Assembly (NCBI GenBank): GCA_028715785.1
Contig: JAQURC010000002.1
Location: 219,393-283,392, forward strand
Reading direction: 5' to 3'
DNA: 64,000 nt
From: Candidatus Omnitrophota bacterium
GTDB lineage: Bacteria; Omnitrophota; Gorgyraeia; Gygaellales; Profunditerraquicolaceae
The notes under the pieces are model-generated. The model was given only the letters and a program-made list of their open reading frames with translations, was not told the origin of the DNA and made no database searches. Below, one piece after another: positions 1 to 12,512 of the stretch. Both the position numbers and the translations under genes were made by a program. Every line of letters begins with the position of its first letter. Within the stretch, counting starts at the first letter, position 1.

Positions 1-2596
1 TTCCCCGGATAAATTACCCTACTGCATCGTTATCCCGCCGCCCAATGTCACCGGCATCCTGCATATGGGCCATGCCTTAAATAACAGCATCCAGGATATT
101 TTAATCCGTTACAAGAGAATGCGGGGCTTTGAGGCTTTATGGATGCCGGGCACCGACCACGCCGGGATCGCCACGCAAAACGTAGTGGAAAAATCCCTGG
201 CTAAAGAAGGGATAAAACGGCAGGATCTGGGCAGGGAAAAATTCATTGAGCGCGTCTGGCAATGGAAAGAGCAATACGGCTCAACCATAATTCATCAACT
301 AAAAAAATTGGGCTGCTCATGCGATTGGAAACGCCTGCGTTTCACGATGGACCAGGATTATTCGGCGGCAGTCACCGAAGTCTTTGTCAGGCTCTATGAA
401 AAAAAGTTAATTTATCAAGGCAATTATATCATTAACTGGTGCCCCCGCTGCCAGACGGCATTAAGCGACGAAGAGGCAGCGCATGCGGAATTACAAGGAA
501 GCCTTTATTACCTCAAATACCCGCTAAAAGATAATCCGCTTGAATTTATCAGTGTGGCCACAACCCGGCCGGAAACAATGCTTGGCGATACTGCCGTAGC
601 CGTAAACCCGAAAGACAAACGTTATAAGAAATATATCGGTAAAACTTTGCTCCTTCCGCTAATTAAACGGGAGATAAAAATTATTGCCGACTCATCCGTG
701 GACATGGAATTTGGAACAGGAGCCGTAAAGGTCACTCCCGCGCATGACCCCAATGATTACGCTTTAGGCAAAAAACATAACCTGGAATTCATTAATGTAA
801 TGGCCCCCGACGGCTCGATGAATGAGGCGGCCAAAAAATATTCCGGGCTAGACCGCTTTAAAGCCAGGGAAGCGGTATTGGAAGATTTAAAACAACTGGG
901 GCTGCTTGAAAAAATCGCTCCCCATACTCTTTCTGCCGGCCACTGTTACCGCTGCCACACAATAGTTGAGCCGTATTTATCCAAGCAATGGTTCGTAAAA
1001 ATGAAACCGCTGGCTAGGCTGGCGATCGAAGCGGTAAAAAAAGGAAGGATAAAATTTTATCCCGAGCGCTGGACCAAAGTCTATTTAAACTGGATGGAGA
1101 ATATCCAGGACTGGTGCATCTCCCGGCAGATCTGGTGGGGCCACCGCATTCCGGTTTATTACTGTAAAAATTGCCAGGGGAAAAACTCCAAATACGGCAT
1201 CATCGTATCGGCAGCCAAGCCCGCGCAATGCCCCAGGTGCAAATCAACCGGCTTGGTCCAGGAGGAGGATGTCTTAGACACCTGGTTCTCCAGCTGGCTC
1301 TGGCCGTTTGCGACATTCTATTGGCCGCAACAATTATCAAATAACCAGAAACCAGAAACCAGAAACCAGAAAACCGATTTAAACTACTTCTATCCTACTT
1401 CGGCATTAGTAACTGCGCCAGAAATAATTTTCTTCTGGGTAGCCAGGATGATTATGGCTGGATTTGAATTTATGGGAGAGGCGCCGTTTAAAGACGTTTA
1501 TATACACGGCACGGTCCGCGATGTCGAAGGCAAAAAGATGTCCAAATCCCTGGGCAATGTCATTGACCCGCTGGAAATTATCGCCGAATACGGCACCGAC
1601 GCTCTGCGTTTCAGCCTTATCTCGATAACCTCCCAGGGCCAGGATGTTTTCCTTTCCAAAGAAAGGTTCGAACAGGGCAGGAACTTTGCCAACAAGATTT
1701 GGAACGCTTCGCGCTTTGTCTTAACCAACCTTAAACCGGAAGAAGTAAACGTGGATTTATGCGTTTTTTTCAGGAAAGAACAGTTAGATATCGCCAACCG
1801 CTGGATATTAAGCAGGTTCTATTCGACTTTAGATAAAGCGGCCAAAGAACTGGATAGTTATAAATTTAATGAAGCAGCCAATACTCTGTATTCATTTTTC
1901 TGGCATGAATTCTGCGACTGGTACCTGGAACTGATCAAGCCGCAAATAAACCAGAAACAGACCCAGGTAGTCATGTATAAAGTTTTAGAAAAGACCCTAA
2001 GGATAATCCATCCTTTTATGCCCTTCATAACGGAGGAGATCTGGCAGCGCCTGCCGGGGGCAAAAAATTCAATTATGCAGCAGAGTTGGCCGCATCTGCA
2101 GAAAGATTTGATCAATAGCGAAGATGAGAGGCGAATGCAGGCGGCTTTTGATATTATCAATACCGTAAGGAATATGCGCGCGGAGCTAGAGGTCAATCCG
2201 CAAAGCCGTATTAACATCAAATTGGCTTTTGCCAATAAGCTTGCCCAAAATTCGATGGAACCGCTGTTTGACCATATAAAGAATTTAGCAAAAATCAATA
2301 ACTTAAGCGTGAATGAAAAATATACCGTCCAGAATAATGAATACGTGGTCCTGCTAAAGGATATACACATAGCGATGCCGCTTGCCGGAATAGCCGAGGT
2401 TAGCGAACAAATTAAGAAAAACCGCTTAAAAATCGAAAAATTGGAATCAGAGATCAAGAATAAAGAAGCCATGCTTTCCAATAAGAACTTTACTGAGCGG
2501 GCACCTAAAGAAATTGTCGAAGCTGAAAAGAGTAAACTGAATGATATGCGCGCCCAAATCGCCAAGTTAGAGGTAATTATAAATGGCTTACGCTAA
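1..2596 (+). CDS. valS: Valyl-tRNA synthetase, 5' end cut by the window edge
   Basis: Frame is open from base 2 and reads [14 protein letters not shown] (class I HIGH motif). KMSKS is present ([13 protein letters not shown]). CP1 editing region and a C-terminal coiled coil typical of ValRS. Confidence 0.95.
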   Translation, partial: SPDKLPYCIVIPPPNVTGILHMGHALNNSIQDILIRYKRMRGFEALWMPGTDHAGIATQNVVEKSLAKEGIKRQDLGREKFIERVWQWKEQYGSTIIHQLKKLGCSCDWKRLRFTMDQDYSAAVTEVFVRLYEKKLIYQGNYIINWCPRCQTALSDEEAAHAELQGSLYYLKYPLKDNPLEFISVATTRPETMLGDTAVAVNPKDKRYKKYIGKTLLLPLIKREIKIIADSSVDMEFGTGAVKVTPAHDPNDYALGKKHNLEFINVMAPDGSMNEAAKKYSGLDRFKAREAVLEDLKQLGLLEKIAPHTLSAGHCYRCHTIVEPYLSKQWFVKMKPLARLAIEAVKKGRIKFYPERWTKVYLNWMENIQDWCISRQIWWGHRIPVYYCKNCQGKNSKYGIIVSAAKPAQCPRCKSTGLVQEEDVLDTWFSSWLWPFATFYWPQQLSNNQKPETRNQKTDLNYFYPTSALVTAPEIIFFWVARMIMAGFEFMGEAPFKDVYIHGTVRDVEGKKMSKSLGNVIDPLEIIAEYGTDALRFSLISITSQGQDVFLSKERFEQGRNFANKIWNASRFVLTNLKPEEVNVDLCVFFRKEQLDIANRWILSRFYSTLDKAAKELDSYKFNEAANTLYSFFWHEFCDWYLELIKPQINQKQTQVVMYKVLEKTLRIIHPFMPFITEEIWQRLPGAKNSIMQQSWPHLQKDLINSEDERRMQAAFDIINTVRNMRAELEVNPQSRINIKLAFANKLAQNSMEPLFDHIKNLAKINNLSVNEKYTVQNNEYVVLLKDIHIAMPLAGIAEVSEQIKKNRLKIEKLESEIKNKEAMLSNKNFTERAPKEIVEAEKSKLNDMRAQIAKLEVIINGLR

Positions 2597-3458
2597 ATAT
2601 TTTTTATCCGAAAATAAACCCCGGATCAATCCTAAAACGTTAAAATCGATAATTGAACAGGCCTTGATTGAAGATACGGGCAAAGGAGACCTTACCACGC
2701 TCCTTATGCTTCCAAAAAATAAAAAAATAAAAGCTAAAATTATCGCTAAAGAAAACTTCCTGCTTTGTGGTATTGATGCTGCCAGGCAAGTTTTTAAAAC
2801 CGTGGACCGGCGTTTAAGCTTTATTCAAAGAATCAAGGAGGGCAGGCAGGTGCGTAACGGAGAGGTTATCGCCGTTATATCCGGAATGGCAAAGAGCATC
2901 CTTGGGGCTGAACGGGTAGCCTTAAATTTGTTGGCGTTACTTTCCGGGATAGCCACAAAAACTAACCAGTTCGTCAAAAAAATAAGGCCTTATAAAACAA
3001 AAATTACCGATACCCGTAAGACCCTGCCCGGCCTAAGAGAATTAGAGAAATACGCGGTCAGGATCGCAGGAGGCTATAACCACAGGATGCGCCTGGATGA
3101 GATGGTTTTGGTTAAGGATAACCACCTCAAAATACTCGCAGGGCTCACTAATCTTCCTGAAATTACCAAAGGCTGTAAAGTTGAAATTGAAACACAGAAT
3201 TTAAAAGAATTCCGGCATGTTTTAAACCTCCAACCGGACATCATTATGCTTGATAATATGCGGATCAAAGATATTAAGGAAGCGGTAAGGATCCGGAATA
3301 ACACCAAATTTAAAAAACATAAAACTCTGCTGGAGGCAAGCGGAGGCATCGATCTTGGCAACATAAAGAAATACGCCGCAACAGGAGTTGAAATCATTTC
3401 AGTAGGAGAGCTTACGGATTCTTTAAAATCCGTTGATGTCAGCTTAGAAGTTATCTAA
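2583..3458 (+). CDS. nadC: Nicotinate-nucleotide pyrophosphorylase (quinolinate phosphoribosyltransferase)
   Basis: 291 aa, NadC/ModD-fold motifs (ENFLLCGID..., LDNM..., C-terminal GxxxIS(V)G). Overlaps the valS stop by 14 bp. Confidence 0.85.
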   Translation: MAYAKYFLSENKPRINPKTLKSIIEQALIEDTGKGDLTTLLMLPKNKKIKAKIIAKENFLLCGIDAARQVFKTVDRRLSFIQRIKEGRQVRNGEVIAVISGMAKSILGAERVALNLLALLSGIATKTNQFVKKIRPYKTKITDTRKTLPGLRELEKYAVRIAGGYNHRMRLDEMVLVKDNHLKILAGLTNLPEITKGCKVEIETQNLKEFRHVLNLQPDIIMLDNMRIKDIKEAVRIRNNTKFKKHKTLLEASGGIDLGNIKKYAATGVEIISVGELTDSLKSVDVSLEVI

Positions 3459-3482
3459 TCATTCGGCTAAAAATTCAAGCCC

Positions 3483-5456
3483 ATGGGTAAATTTAAATTA
3501 GTTTCCGTTTTTAAGCCCTGCGGAGACCAACCCAAAGCGATAGCGGAACTTTCCAAATCCATCCTGGATAAGAAACCTTATTCGACGCTGCTGGGGGTTA
3601 CCGGCAGCGGTAAAACTTTTACCTTAGCCAACGTAATAGCCAAAACCGGCTTACCCACCCTGGTAATCTCGCATAATAAAACATTGGCCGCCCAGCTTTA
3701 TTCGGAATTTAAAGACTTCTTTCCGCATAACGCGGTTGAATATTTTGTAAGTTATTACGATTATTACCAGCCGGAAGCCTACATTCCTTCCACGGATACC
3801 TATATAGAAAAAGATTCATCGATTAATGAGCGGCTGGACCGCTTAAGGCTGTCGGCGACAACCTCGTTAATGAGCCGCAAAGATGTAATTATCGTGGCCT
3901 CGGTTTCCTGTATCTATAACCTGGGTTCTCCCCAGGATTACCAGAAGATGCTGGTAATCTTAAATACGAAGGAAAAAATCCAGAGGGATGAATTGATTAC
4001 CCGGCTCATCCGGATCCAATATGAGCGCAATGATTATGAATTCAAACGCGGAAAATTACGGGTGCGCGGGGACGTAATCGAAATATTCCCTTCCTACAGC
4101 GAAGAAGCGCTGCGCGTAGAAATGCGTGGTGATTTAATCGATAAAATCTCGGTAATTGAACCGGTATCCGCAAAGACAATCAGCGTTATCGACAAAGCCG
4201 CGATTTATCCGGCAAAACATTTTATTGTTTCAGGCGACAGGGTTGATACGGCGATTAAATCCATAAAAGAAGAGCTGGCCATACAGTTAGAAAATCTGAA
4301 GAGAAAAAATAAATTACTGGAAGCCCAGCGCCTCCAGTCCCGCACAAACTACGACCTGGAAATGCTCAAAGAAATAGGCTACTGCCACGGGATCGAAAAC
4401 TATTCCCGGCACCTAAATGCCTTGCCCGCGGGCGGCCGGCCATATTCGATGATTGATTATTTCCAGGGGGATTTCTTGACCATCATCGATGAGTCTCACG
4501 CAACCATCCCGCAGATAAGAGGCATGTATGCCGGGGACAGGGCAAGGAAAGAGACCCTGGTAGATTACGGTTTCCGGCTTCCGTCATGCCTGGATAACCG
4601 GCCGTTAAAATTTGAAGAATTCAACCGGCTGGTAAAACAATTGGTTTTTGTTTCGGCTACGCCTGATGAATATGAATTAAAATTAAGCGGGAACAAAATT
4701 ATCGAGCAGATTATCCGGCCTACCGGTTTAATCGACCCTGAAATAATCGTTAAGCCCTCCCGGGGGCAAATCCAGGATTTAATCCTGGAGATAAAAAAAC
4801 GGGCTAAAAATAACCAAAGAACCCTGGTAACCACCCTGACCAAAAGAAACTCCGAAGACCTGGCTAATTACCTGGCCGAAAACGGAATAAAAGTAAAATA
4901 CCTGCATTCCGAAATACAAACTATCAGCCGTTCGGTAATCCTGAAAGAGCTGCGCCAGAAGAAATTTGATTGCTTAGTGGGGATTAATCTGTTGCGCGAA
5001 GGGCTGGATTTACCGGAGGTCTCATTGGTTGCCATCATCGACGCGGATAAAGAGGGGTTCCTGCGCAGCTCGACCAGCTTAATCCAGGTAGCCGGAAGGG
5101 CCGCGCGTAATATCGACGGGACGGTAATTATGTACGCCGATACGATTACCGGTTCGATGAAAAAAGCAATCCGGGAAAGCAACCGCAGAAGAAAAATCCA
5201 GCTGGAATACAACCGGAAGAATCAAATTACTCCCCGCTCAATCCAAAGGTCAATCAAAGAAGGGATAGAGAGCTTAGAGGATACCTCGGAATTTGTGCGA
5301 GAGCTGACCGGAGAACCAAAAGAGCAATACCAGTTGCATAAATATATATCCGAGTTAGAATATGAAATGGAATTGGCGGCGCGGAATTTGCAATTTGAAA
5401 AAGCGTCCGGGTTTAGGGACAAGATCAAGGAGCTGCGTAATGCTGCTGGCAATTGA
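3483..5456 (+). CDS. uvrB: Excinuclease ABC subunit B
   Basis: 657 aa. N-terminus FKLVS..KPCGDQPKAI, Walker A GVTGSGKTFT, helicase motifs and a C-terminal UvrB/UvrC interaction helix. Confidence 0.95.
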   Translation: MGKFKLVSVFKPCGDQPKAIAELSKSILDKKPYSTLLGVTGSGKTFTLANVIAKTGLPTLVISHNKTLAAQLYSEFKDFFPHNAVEYFVSYYDYYQPEAYIPSTDTYIEKDSSINERLDRLRLSATTSLMSRKDVIIVASVSCIYNLGSPQDYQKMLVILNTKEKIQRDELITRLIRIQYERNDYEFKRGKLRVRGDVIEIFPSYSEEALRVEMRGDLIDKISVIEPVSAKTISVIDKAAIYPAKHFIVSGDRVDTAIKSIKEELAIQLENLKRKNKLLEAQRLQSRTNYDLEMLKEIGYCHGIENYSRHLNALPAGGRPYSMIDYFQGDFLTIIDESHATIPQIRGMYAGDRARKETLVDYGFRLPSCLDNRPLKFEEFNRLVKQLVFVSATPDEYELKLSGNKIIEQIIRPTGLIDPEIIVKPSRGQIQDLILEIKKRAKNNQRTLVTTLTKRNSEDLANYLAENGIKVKYLHSEIQTISRSVILKELRQKKFDCLVGINLLREGLDLPEVSLVAIIDADKEGFLRSSTSLIQVAGRAARNIDGTVIMYADTITGSMKKAIRESNRRRKIQLEYNRKNQITPRSIQRSIKEGIESLEDTSEFVRELTGEPKEQYQLHKYISELEYEMELAARNLQFEKASGFRDKIKELRNAAGN

Positions 5457-6177
5457 TATCGGTAACACCAATATAAAAAGCGCGTTATTTAAAGGCAAAA
5501 AAATTATCAAACGGTTTGATCTCCCCGTAAAAACCTATTCCAAGGGCAGATTTGCAAAAAAACTTGCCAGTAACCAGCCAATATCCGCTGCCGCCATCTG
5601 CAGCGTTGTGCCTAAACTAACCGTAATTCTTAAACATGACCTAAAACTCTTAACCGGCAAAACCCCCTATATAATAGGTAAGGACTTAATTGTTCCTATG
5701 AAAAATCTTTACCGCAACCCCAAACAATTGGGCCAGGACCGGCTGGTCGCAGCTTACGCTGCCTCTAATCTTTACCATGCCCCTTTAATCGTCATGGATT
5801 CCGGCACCGCGATTACTTTTGATATAGTTTCCAAAGAAAAAACCTACCTGGGCGGATTGATCTTGCCCGGAATGGAAATTTCCTTTGAAGCTTTAAAAGC
5901 AAAAACCGCGCTCCTGCCAAAGATAAAATTACAGAAGCCAAAAGCCCTTATTGGGACCGATACCAAAAACAGCATATTAAGCGGAATTGTTTTTGGCACC
6001 GCTTGCCTGGCTAAAGAGCTGGTAAACAAAATCAAACAACGTATCGGTAAAGACACGCTGGTTATCGGCACCGGCGGAAACATCCATTTAATCAAGAAGT
6101 ATGCCGGCATGGGGATTAAAATTGATCCGGATCTGACTTTAAAAGGCATTAATCTTATCTATGGAAATAAAATTTAA
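5440..6177 (+). CDS. coaX: Type III pantothenate kinase
   Basis: Start chosen at the ATG giving MLLAIDIGNTNIKSALF, the canonical CoaX N-terminus. The upstream part of the ORF overlaps uvrB and is not coding here. Has the G(T)GGN C-terminal motif. Confidence 0.85.
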   Translation: MLLAIDIGNTNIKSALFKGKKIIKRFDLPVKTYSKGRFAKKLASNQPISAAAICSVVPKLTVILKHDLKLLTGKTPYIIGKDLIVPMKNLYRNPKQLGQDRLVAAYAASNLYHAPLIVMDSGTAITFDIVSKEKTYLGGLILPGMEISFEALKAKTALLPKIKLQKPKALIGTDTKNSILSGIVFGTACLAKELVNKIKQRIGKDTLVIGTGGNIHLIKKYAGMGIKIDPDLTLKGINLIYGNKI

Positions 6178-6775
6178 AGCCGCGTTCATTTTAACAGCTG
6201 CACTCCTTTGGGCGGGGATTTTTTCCTTTTCTTGTGCCGAAGAAAATAAACCCGCAGATAAAACTGAAACCGGGGTGGTTATCGAACAGGCGCTTAAAAA
6301 TTATGAAACATATAAACAAAAAGAACAGGAGGAATTGGCAAAAAAACTAAACTCCAGTTTAAACCAAATAATCCAAAGCTGGATAGCTTCGGCCAAAGTG
6401 AATAAGGAGAACGCCCTGGGCAGCCGCCTCCAACAAAGCTGGGAGAAACTATCCCCGCTCTATCCGATCTCGCCGGTGCCTTATGAATATTATTTACGGG
6501 GATACAAATACAGCCTGATTAAAAGTGACATAGCTAAAACCGACTCTATTCTTGCTCCTTATAAGGCCGCGGTTGCCATAAAGGAGGACCTTTATGTAGA
6601 AAAAAACCACTCTCCGGATATCAGTGACGCCGATCCTTATTTTTATACGGTTACTACGGCCTACAACTTAAACCTTGAATACCGGCAGGACGGATTTACA
6701 TTGATCAATAGCGACAGTAAAGTCGTAAACATAATAAATGACGCCCCTGTTGAAATAAAGAAATCCCGGCTTTAA
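6161..6775 (+). CDS. Hypothetical secreted protein
   Basis: 204 aa ORF with an N-terminal hydrophobic signal-like segment (FILTAALLWAGIFSFSCAEEN). No motif recognised. Confidence 0.4.
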   Translation: MEIKFKAAFILTAALLWAGIFSFSCAEENKPADKTETGVVIEQALKNYETYKQKEQEELAKKLNSSLNQIIQSWIASAKVNKENALGSRLQQSWEKLSPLYPISPVPYEYYLRGYKYSLIKSDIAKTDSILAPYKAAVAIKEDLYVEKNHSPDISDADPYFYTVTTAYNLNLEYRQDGFTLINSDSKVVNIINDAPVEIKKSRL

Positions 6776-6783
6776 AAAAACTC

Positions 6784-6812
6784 TTGACAAGAAAAATTTT
6801 TTAACTATAATT
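6784..6812 (+). promoter_or_regulatory. Sigma-70-type promoter for groES-groEL
   Basis: TTGACA (6784-6789), 17-nt spacer, TATAAT (6807-6812), preceded by an A-tract. Confidence 0.6.
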
Positions 6813-6838
6813 AGCACTCTAGGAAAAAGAGTGCCAGT
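6812..6838 (+). promoter_or_regulatory. CIRCE element (HrcA operator)
   Basis: TTAGCACTC-N9-GAGTGCCAG, close to the CIRCE consensus TTAGCACTC-N9-GAGTGCTAA. Sits between the promoter and the groES RBS. Confidence 0.75.
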
Positions 6839-6877
6839 TTTAACTAATAACTTCATATTTTTTAGGGAGGTGACAAG

Positions 6878-8849
<1,972 letters not shown>

Positions 8850-8888
8850 ACCCTTAAGAATTTAAGGTTAAACGGAAAATATAAAAAA

Positions 8889-8924
8889 AACGGCTGATCT
8901 CGATTACGGGATCAGCCGTTTTTA
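8889..8924 (+). terminator. Rho-independent terminator after groEL
   Basis: Hairpin AACGGCTGATC...GATCAGCCGTT followed by a T-run. Confidence 0.6.
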
Positions 8925-8973
8925 CTTCTAAAATAAGGGGCCGTCCTTAAGGTTCTTGCAAGAGTAGCTTTTT

Positions 8974-9693
8974 ATGTTAAAATATTTTATGCGCTCTGAC
9001 CGACTCTTACAGGTTACTTTTGCTATTTCTCTGCTTACTCACGGGGCAATCCTGCTACAGGCCCCAAGCCTTAATCCTTTTTCTCCTGTGCAAAAGAAGC
9101 AAAAGATAGAAGTGCATTATATTAAAGAGAATCTGCGGGCTAAATCCTTACCCAAGGCTTCTCCCGGGCCGGATTTACAAACTTCTTTCCCTAAGCCCGA
9201 GCCTTTTCTAAAGCTTGATTCAAAGGTAGTCACCGGAACTAAAACCCCCCCGCCTTATATTGAACAGAATAATGCATCTAAAACAGAAAGGCTCCCGCCC
9301 AACAGGACGTTAGGCTTCCCCAAGCCGACTTTTGCCGCACCCCCGCTAATGGCAATAAAGAAAAAGATCAGTTTGCCTCCCATCGAGATGGCCAAGATCA
9401 ATAACCCAAGTTATATAAATTACTACCAGATTGTCCGGGAAAAGATCCGGCGCAGCGCTTATCAAAATTATACCCATAATGAAACGGGGGAAGTCTATAT
9501 TTCATTTATTATCTCCTGCGACGGCTATATTAAAGATGCGCGTTTAGTCGAAGAGAAAACAACTGCCGGTGAATATCTAAAAGAGATTGCCTTAAGAAGC
9601 GTAAAAAATGCCTCTCCTTTTCCTGATTTTCCCAAGGAGCTGGACTATCTGCAGCTTTCTTTTAATATTATAATCTCTTTTGAGATAGAATAA
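8974..9693 (+). CDS. TonB family protein (N-terminal TM, Pro-rich spacer, TonB C-terminal-like domain)
   Basis: N-terminal hydrophobic helix and a proline-rich middle (PPPYIEQ.., FPKPTFAAPP). C-terminus GEVYISFIISCDGYIKDARLVEE..ASPFPDFP matches the TonB C-terminal pattern. Confidence 0.5.
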   Translation: MLKYFMRSDRLLQVTFAISLLTHGAILLQAPSLNPFSPVQKKQKIEVHYIKENLRAKSLPKASPGPDLQTSFPKPEPFLKLDSKVVTGTKTPPPYIEQNNASKTERLPPNRTLGFPKPTFAAPPLMAIKKKISLPPIEMAKINNPSYINYYQIVREKIRRSAYQNYTHNETGEVYISFIISCDGYIKDARLVEEKTTAGEYLKEIALRSVKNASPFPDFPKELDYLQLSFNIIISFEIE

Positions 9694-9820
9694 GCCGCTA
9701 AATTTAAATTCCTTGAAATAGAATTTGGCGCATGTTAGTATAATATGTAATCTAAAAAGAGCGATTGCCGTTAAAAGCAACCTTACTTGCAACTATAATT
9801 TAAAAAAGGAGACAGATGAT

Positions 9821-10207
9821 ATGGCTGAAAAAAAACGGATATTTATCGCCGATGACGACGAAGTAGTTTTAACCAGCCTGAAGAAATTGCTGCTTATGTC
9901 GGGTTTTGAAGTATACGCGACAACGAATTCCAAGGATGTATCCTCAATGGTCAAGTCCTTTAAACCCGACCTCATCCTTCTTGATTTACTCCTGCCGGAT
10001 TTAGGCGGTTTAGAAATTTGCGATATTTTAAACAAGGATACGGAAACCCAGGGGATACCGATAATTATCCTCTCCGCCGTAGGAAATTATACCGACATAC
10101 GCAAGGCCTACGCATTGGGGGTAATTGGTTACATTACCAAGCCTTATGAATTCCCGCGGTTATTAAAAGAGATCCAGAAGGCAATTGAATCTAAAGAAAG
10201 GATGTAA
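9821..10207 (+). CDS. Single-domain response-regulator receiver (CheY-like)
   Basis: Start at ATG after an AGGAG RBS (MAEKKRIFIADDDE). Acidic pocket DDDE and phospho-acceptor Asp in ILLDLLLPD. No output domain. Confidence 0.8.
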   Translation: MAEKKRIFIADDDEVVLTSLKKLLLMSGFEVYATTNSKDVSSMVKSFKPDLILLDLLLPDLGGLEICDILNKDTETQGIPIIILSAVGNYTDIRKAYALGVIGYITKPYEFPRLLKEIQKAIESKERM

Positions 10208-10238
10208 CCTCTTAATCCTCGGCTAACCGGAGAAATTA

Positions 10239-11504
10239 ATGAAGAAAAAAATAATTATCGGCATAATTATCTTCGGCTTTATGTGTTTTCCTGCCGCTCT
10301 TCTAAGGGCTGGCAATGACGTGGAAGATTTAAAGGAACAGATTAAACAATTGCAGTCAACCATCGAGGCCTTAAAAGTAAAAGTAGAGGACTTAGAGAAA
10401 AAACAAACAAGTGCGTCCAGCCAGGTAGCTAAAATTCCCGAAATCTCAGAATCTGTAAAACAGCTCAAAGAAAATAAGCCAAAAGGCTTCTCTATCGAAG
10501 GCGCCAGGGTTGGCGGGCATCTCAAATTATTCCTGTTTGACCAGGCGCAAGGCAAACGTAATGGCTTAAAACAAAGCTCAAACACCTCAGCCGGAATTTC
10601 CCATTTCTACCTGTTTATTGATAAAGACCTGACCGATAATACAAGCATAAGCGTTCAACCGGATATTACCGTAACCGCTTCGGCCACTCCCGCCCTGGGT
10701 TCCGATATCAGCCGCGCCAAGAGCGCATCAACCACTACTTCTATTTACCAGGCCTTTATTAAAACGCGCCTGAATAACGGTTTAGAAATAAAAGCAGGTG
10801 TATTTAATCCTTATTTTTCCGAAGAGTACGCTTCCGAAGTCTGGTGGGACGAACAATACCATATGAATAAAGGGGTTGCCGATATCGAATCCTGGCATGA
10901 TTCGGGGATTGAGTTTTATAAAAACTTTGATTTTAAAAACTTCTCTGTCCCGGCTTATTTTTATTTACTTAACGGAAATGTTACCAATACCGACGGTAAG
11001 TTCGTGGACAATAATGACGGCAAAAGCATCTTGTTGCATATTGCCCCGGAGGTCTCCAAATTCAGGTTTTTTGGCTCCTTCGGCTACGGTAAATGGGACG
11101 ACGGTAATGATTATGATAGCTGGCGTTATGCCTCGGGGCTTGAGTACAAATATAAAAAATTTACCTTAAGAAGCGAGTATTTGTTTAATAAATTCGAAGA
11201 TACGGCATTAACCGGCGGAGGGAGGGTTGATACCGAAAAGAAAGGTTACTATATCAAAGGCCTCTACCGTTTCAATCCCAAATGGCGCGCTTATATTAAT
11301 TATAGCGACGTGAACCTCCCGTATACCGGCGGCAGCAGCTTGTTAAAAGATACCTATAAAGCGGCAACTTTAGGATTGAATTATTTTTTTACCAACAGCT
11401 CCATAATCATGGGAGAAGTTTCCCGGGTCAACGGGGACAGGTCCGATGGATCCGAAAAGCTTGATTATTACCGCTCCACGATCGGCTGGAGAACCACTTT
11501 TTAA
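10239..11504 (+). CDS. Putative outer-membrane beta-barrel protein (porin-like) with an N-terminal coiled coil
   Basis: Signal peptide, heptad-repeat segment, then alternating amphipathic strands rich in Tyr/Gly/Asn. C-terminal residue is Phe (..RTTF), typical of OM beta-barrels. Confidence 0.45.
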   Translation: MKKKIIIGIIIFGFMCFPAALLRAGNDVEDLKEQIKQLQSTIEALKVKVEDLEKKQTSASSQVAKIPEISESVKQLKENKPKGFSIEGARVGGHLKLFLFDQAQGKRNGLKQSSNTSAGISHFYLFIDKDLTDNTSISVQPDITVTASATPALGSDISRAKSASTTTSIYQAFIKTRLNNGLEIKAGVFNPYFSEEYASEVWWDEQYHMNKGVADIESWHDSGIEFYKNFDFKNFSVPAYFYLLNGNVTNTDGKFVDNNDGKSILLHIAPEVSKFRFFGSFGYGKWDDGNDYDSWRYASGLEYKYKKFTLRSEYLFNKFEDTALTGGGRVDTEKKGYYIKGLYRFNPKWRAYINYSDVNLPYTGGSSLLKDTYKAATLGLNYFFTNSSIIMGEVSRVNGDRSDGSEKLDYYRSTIGWRTTF

Positions 11505-11510
11505 TTTATT

Positions 11511-12512
11511 ATGAGAAAAATATTATTATCGATCCTTATAATCGCAATAATAACCGTCGGTGCCTTCTGGATTATGCGGGGATCCCAAGCTGCTCCAGAG
11601 CAGCAACGCAGGGTAATGATGACTACTTACGTAACCATTTATGCTTACGGCAGCAAACCTGCTGTTTCTAAAGCCATCGACCAAGCTTTCCAGCGAATGC
11701 AGGAGGTTGCGGATAAGTTTAATGCCCATAATCCCGACAGCCCCCTATACGCGTTTAATCAAAATGGCACTCCGATTAAAGACAAGGAGATCCTTAGGGT
11801 CATAAAAATAGCCCAGGATATCAGCAAACAATCAGATGGCGCATTTGATATTACGGTTTACCCTCTGGTAAAACTCTGGGGATTTTATGGCGAGGATTCA
11901 GGCCAAATACCGCCGGCTGATAAAATTACCGAAGCTTTAAGCCGTATCGGCTACAAGCATCTTATTCTTGCTAACGGCCAATTGAAAAGAGATAATGAAA
12001 ACATATTGATTGACCTGGGCGGTATTGCCAAAGGCTATGTGGTAGGCCAGGGCATCCAGGCATTAAAAAAAGCCGGAGTCAATTCGGCAATAATCCAGGC
12101 CGGAGGGGATATCTATGCTCTGGGGCATAAAAAAGAAAAACCCTGGAAAATAGGCATCCGCCATCCGCGTAAAGAAGGGATCCTGGGCTATTTAGAGGTG
12201 GTTGATCAGGCGGTTATGGGCTCAGGGGACTATGAAAGGTTTTTTATCAAAGGCAGTAAAAGATACAATCATATTATCGATCCTAAAACAGGTTATCCTG
12301 CCAAAGAAGCAATAGGGGTAACGGTAATTTATCCTGATCCGGCTGTTGCCGATGCCTGGGGACCGGCACTTTCGATATTGGGCCCTGACGGCCTTAAGAT
12401 CGTCGAAAAGATCCCCGGCATGGAGGCGATAATCGTAACTGGCTCCGGAAAGCTTTTATACACTTCAGGTTTAGCAAGGCTGCTCAATACCTATGATAAA
12501 AATGAAAACTGA
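11511..12512 (+). CDS. apbE: FAD:protein FMN transferase (ApbE family)
   Basis: 333 aa with an N-terminal TM/signal and ApbE motifs (FDITVYPLVKLWGF, DLGGIAKGY, GDYERFF). Confidence 0.85.
   Translation: MRKILLSILIIAIITVGAFWIMRGSQAAPEQQRRVMMTTYVTIYAYGSKPAVSKAIDQAFQRMQEVADKFNAHNPDSPLYAFNQNGTPIKDKEILRVIKIAQDISKQSDGAFDITVYPLVKLWGFYGEDSGQIPPADKITEALSRIGYKHLILANGQLKRDNENILIDLGGIAKGYVVGQGIQALKKAGVNSAIIQAGGDIYALGHKKEKPWKIGIRHPRKEGILGYLEVVDQAVMGSGDYERFFIKGSKRYNHIIDPKTGYPAKEAIGVTVIYPDPAVADAWGPALSILGPDGLKIVEKIPGMEAIIVTGSGKLLYTSGLARLLNTYDKNEN

Noticed and set aside
1344-1372. Tandem CCAGAAA repeat, considered as a possible CRISPR or minisatellite locus.
   Set aside because: It has only four 7-nt units, is in frame inside valS, and has no spacers.
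1858-2565. Many minus-strand ORFs of 60-290 aa in the track, for example 1858-2565, 4868-5212, 17243-17722, 49676-50551, 52355-52825, 53762-54322, 55089-55637, 57334-57900.
   Set aside because: Each lies fully inside a well-supported plus-strand gene (valS, uvrB, pepP, panE, mgtA, glyQS, ppdK). They have skewed low-complexity composition (S/L/R/F-rich) and no motifs, so they are antisense shadow ORFs.
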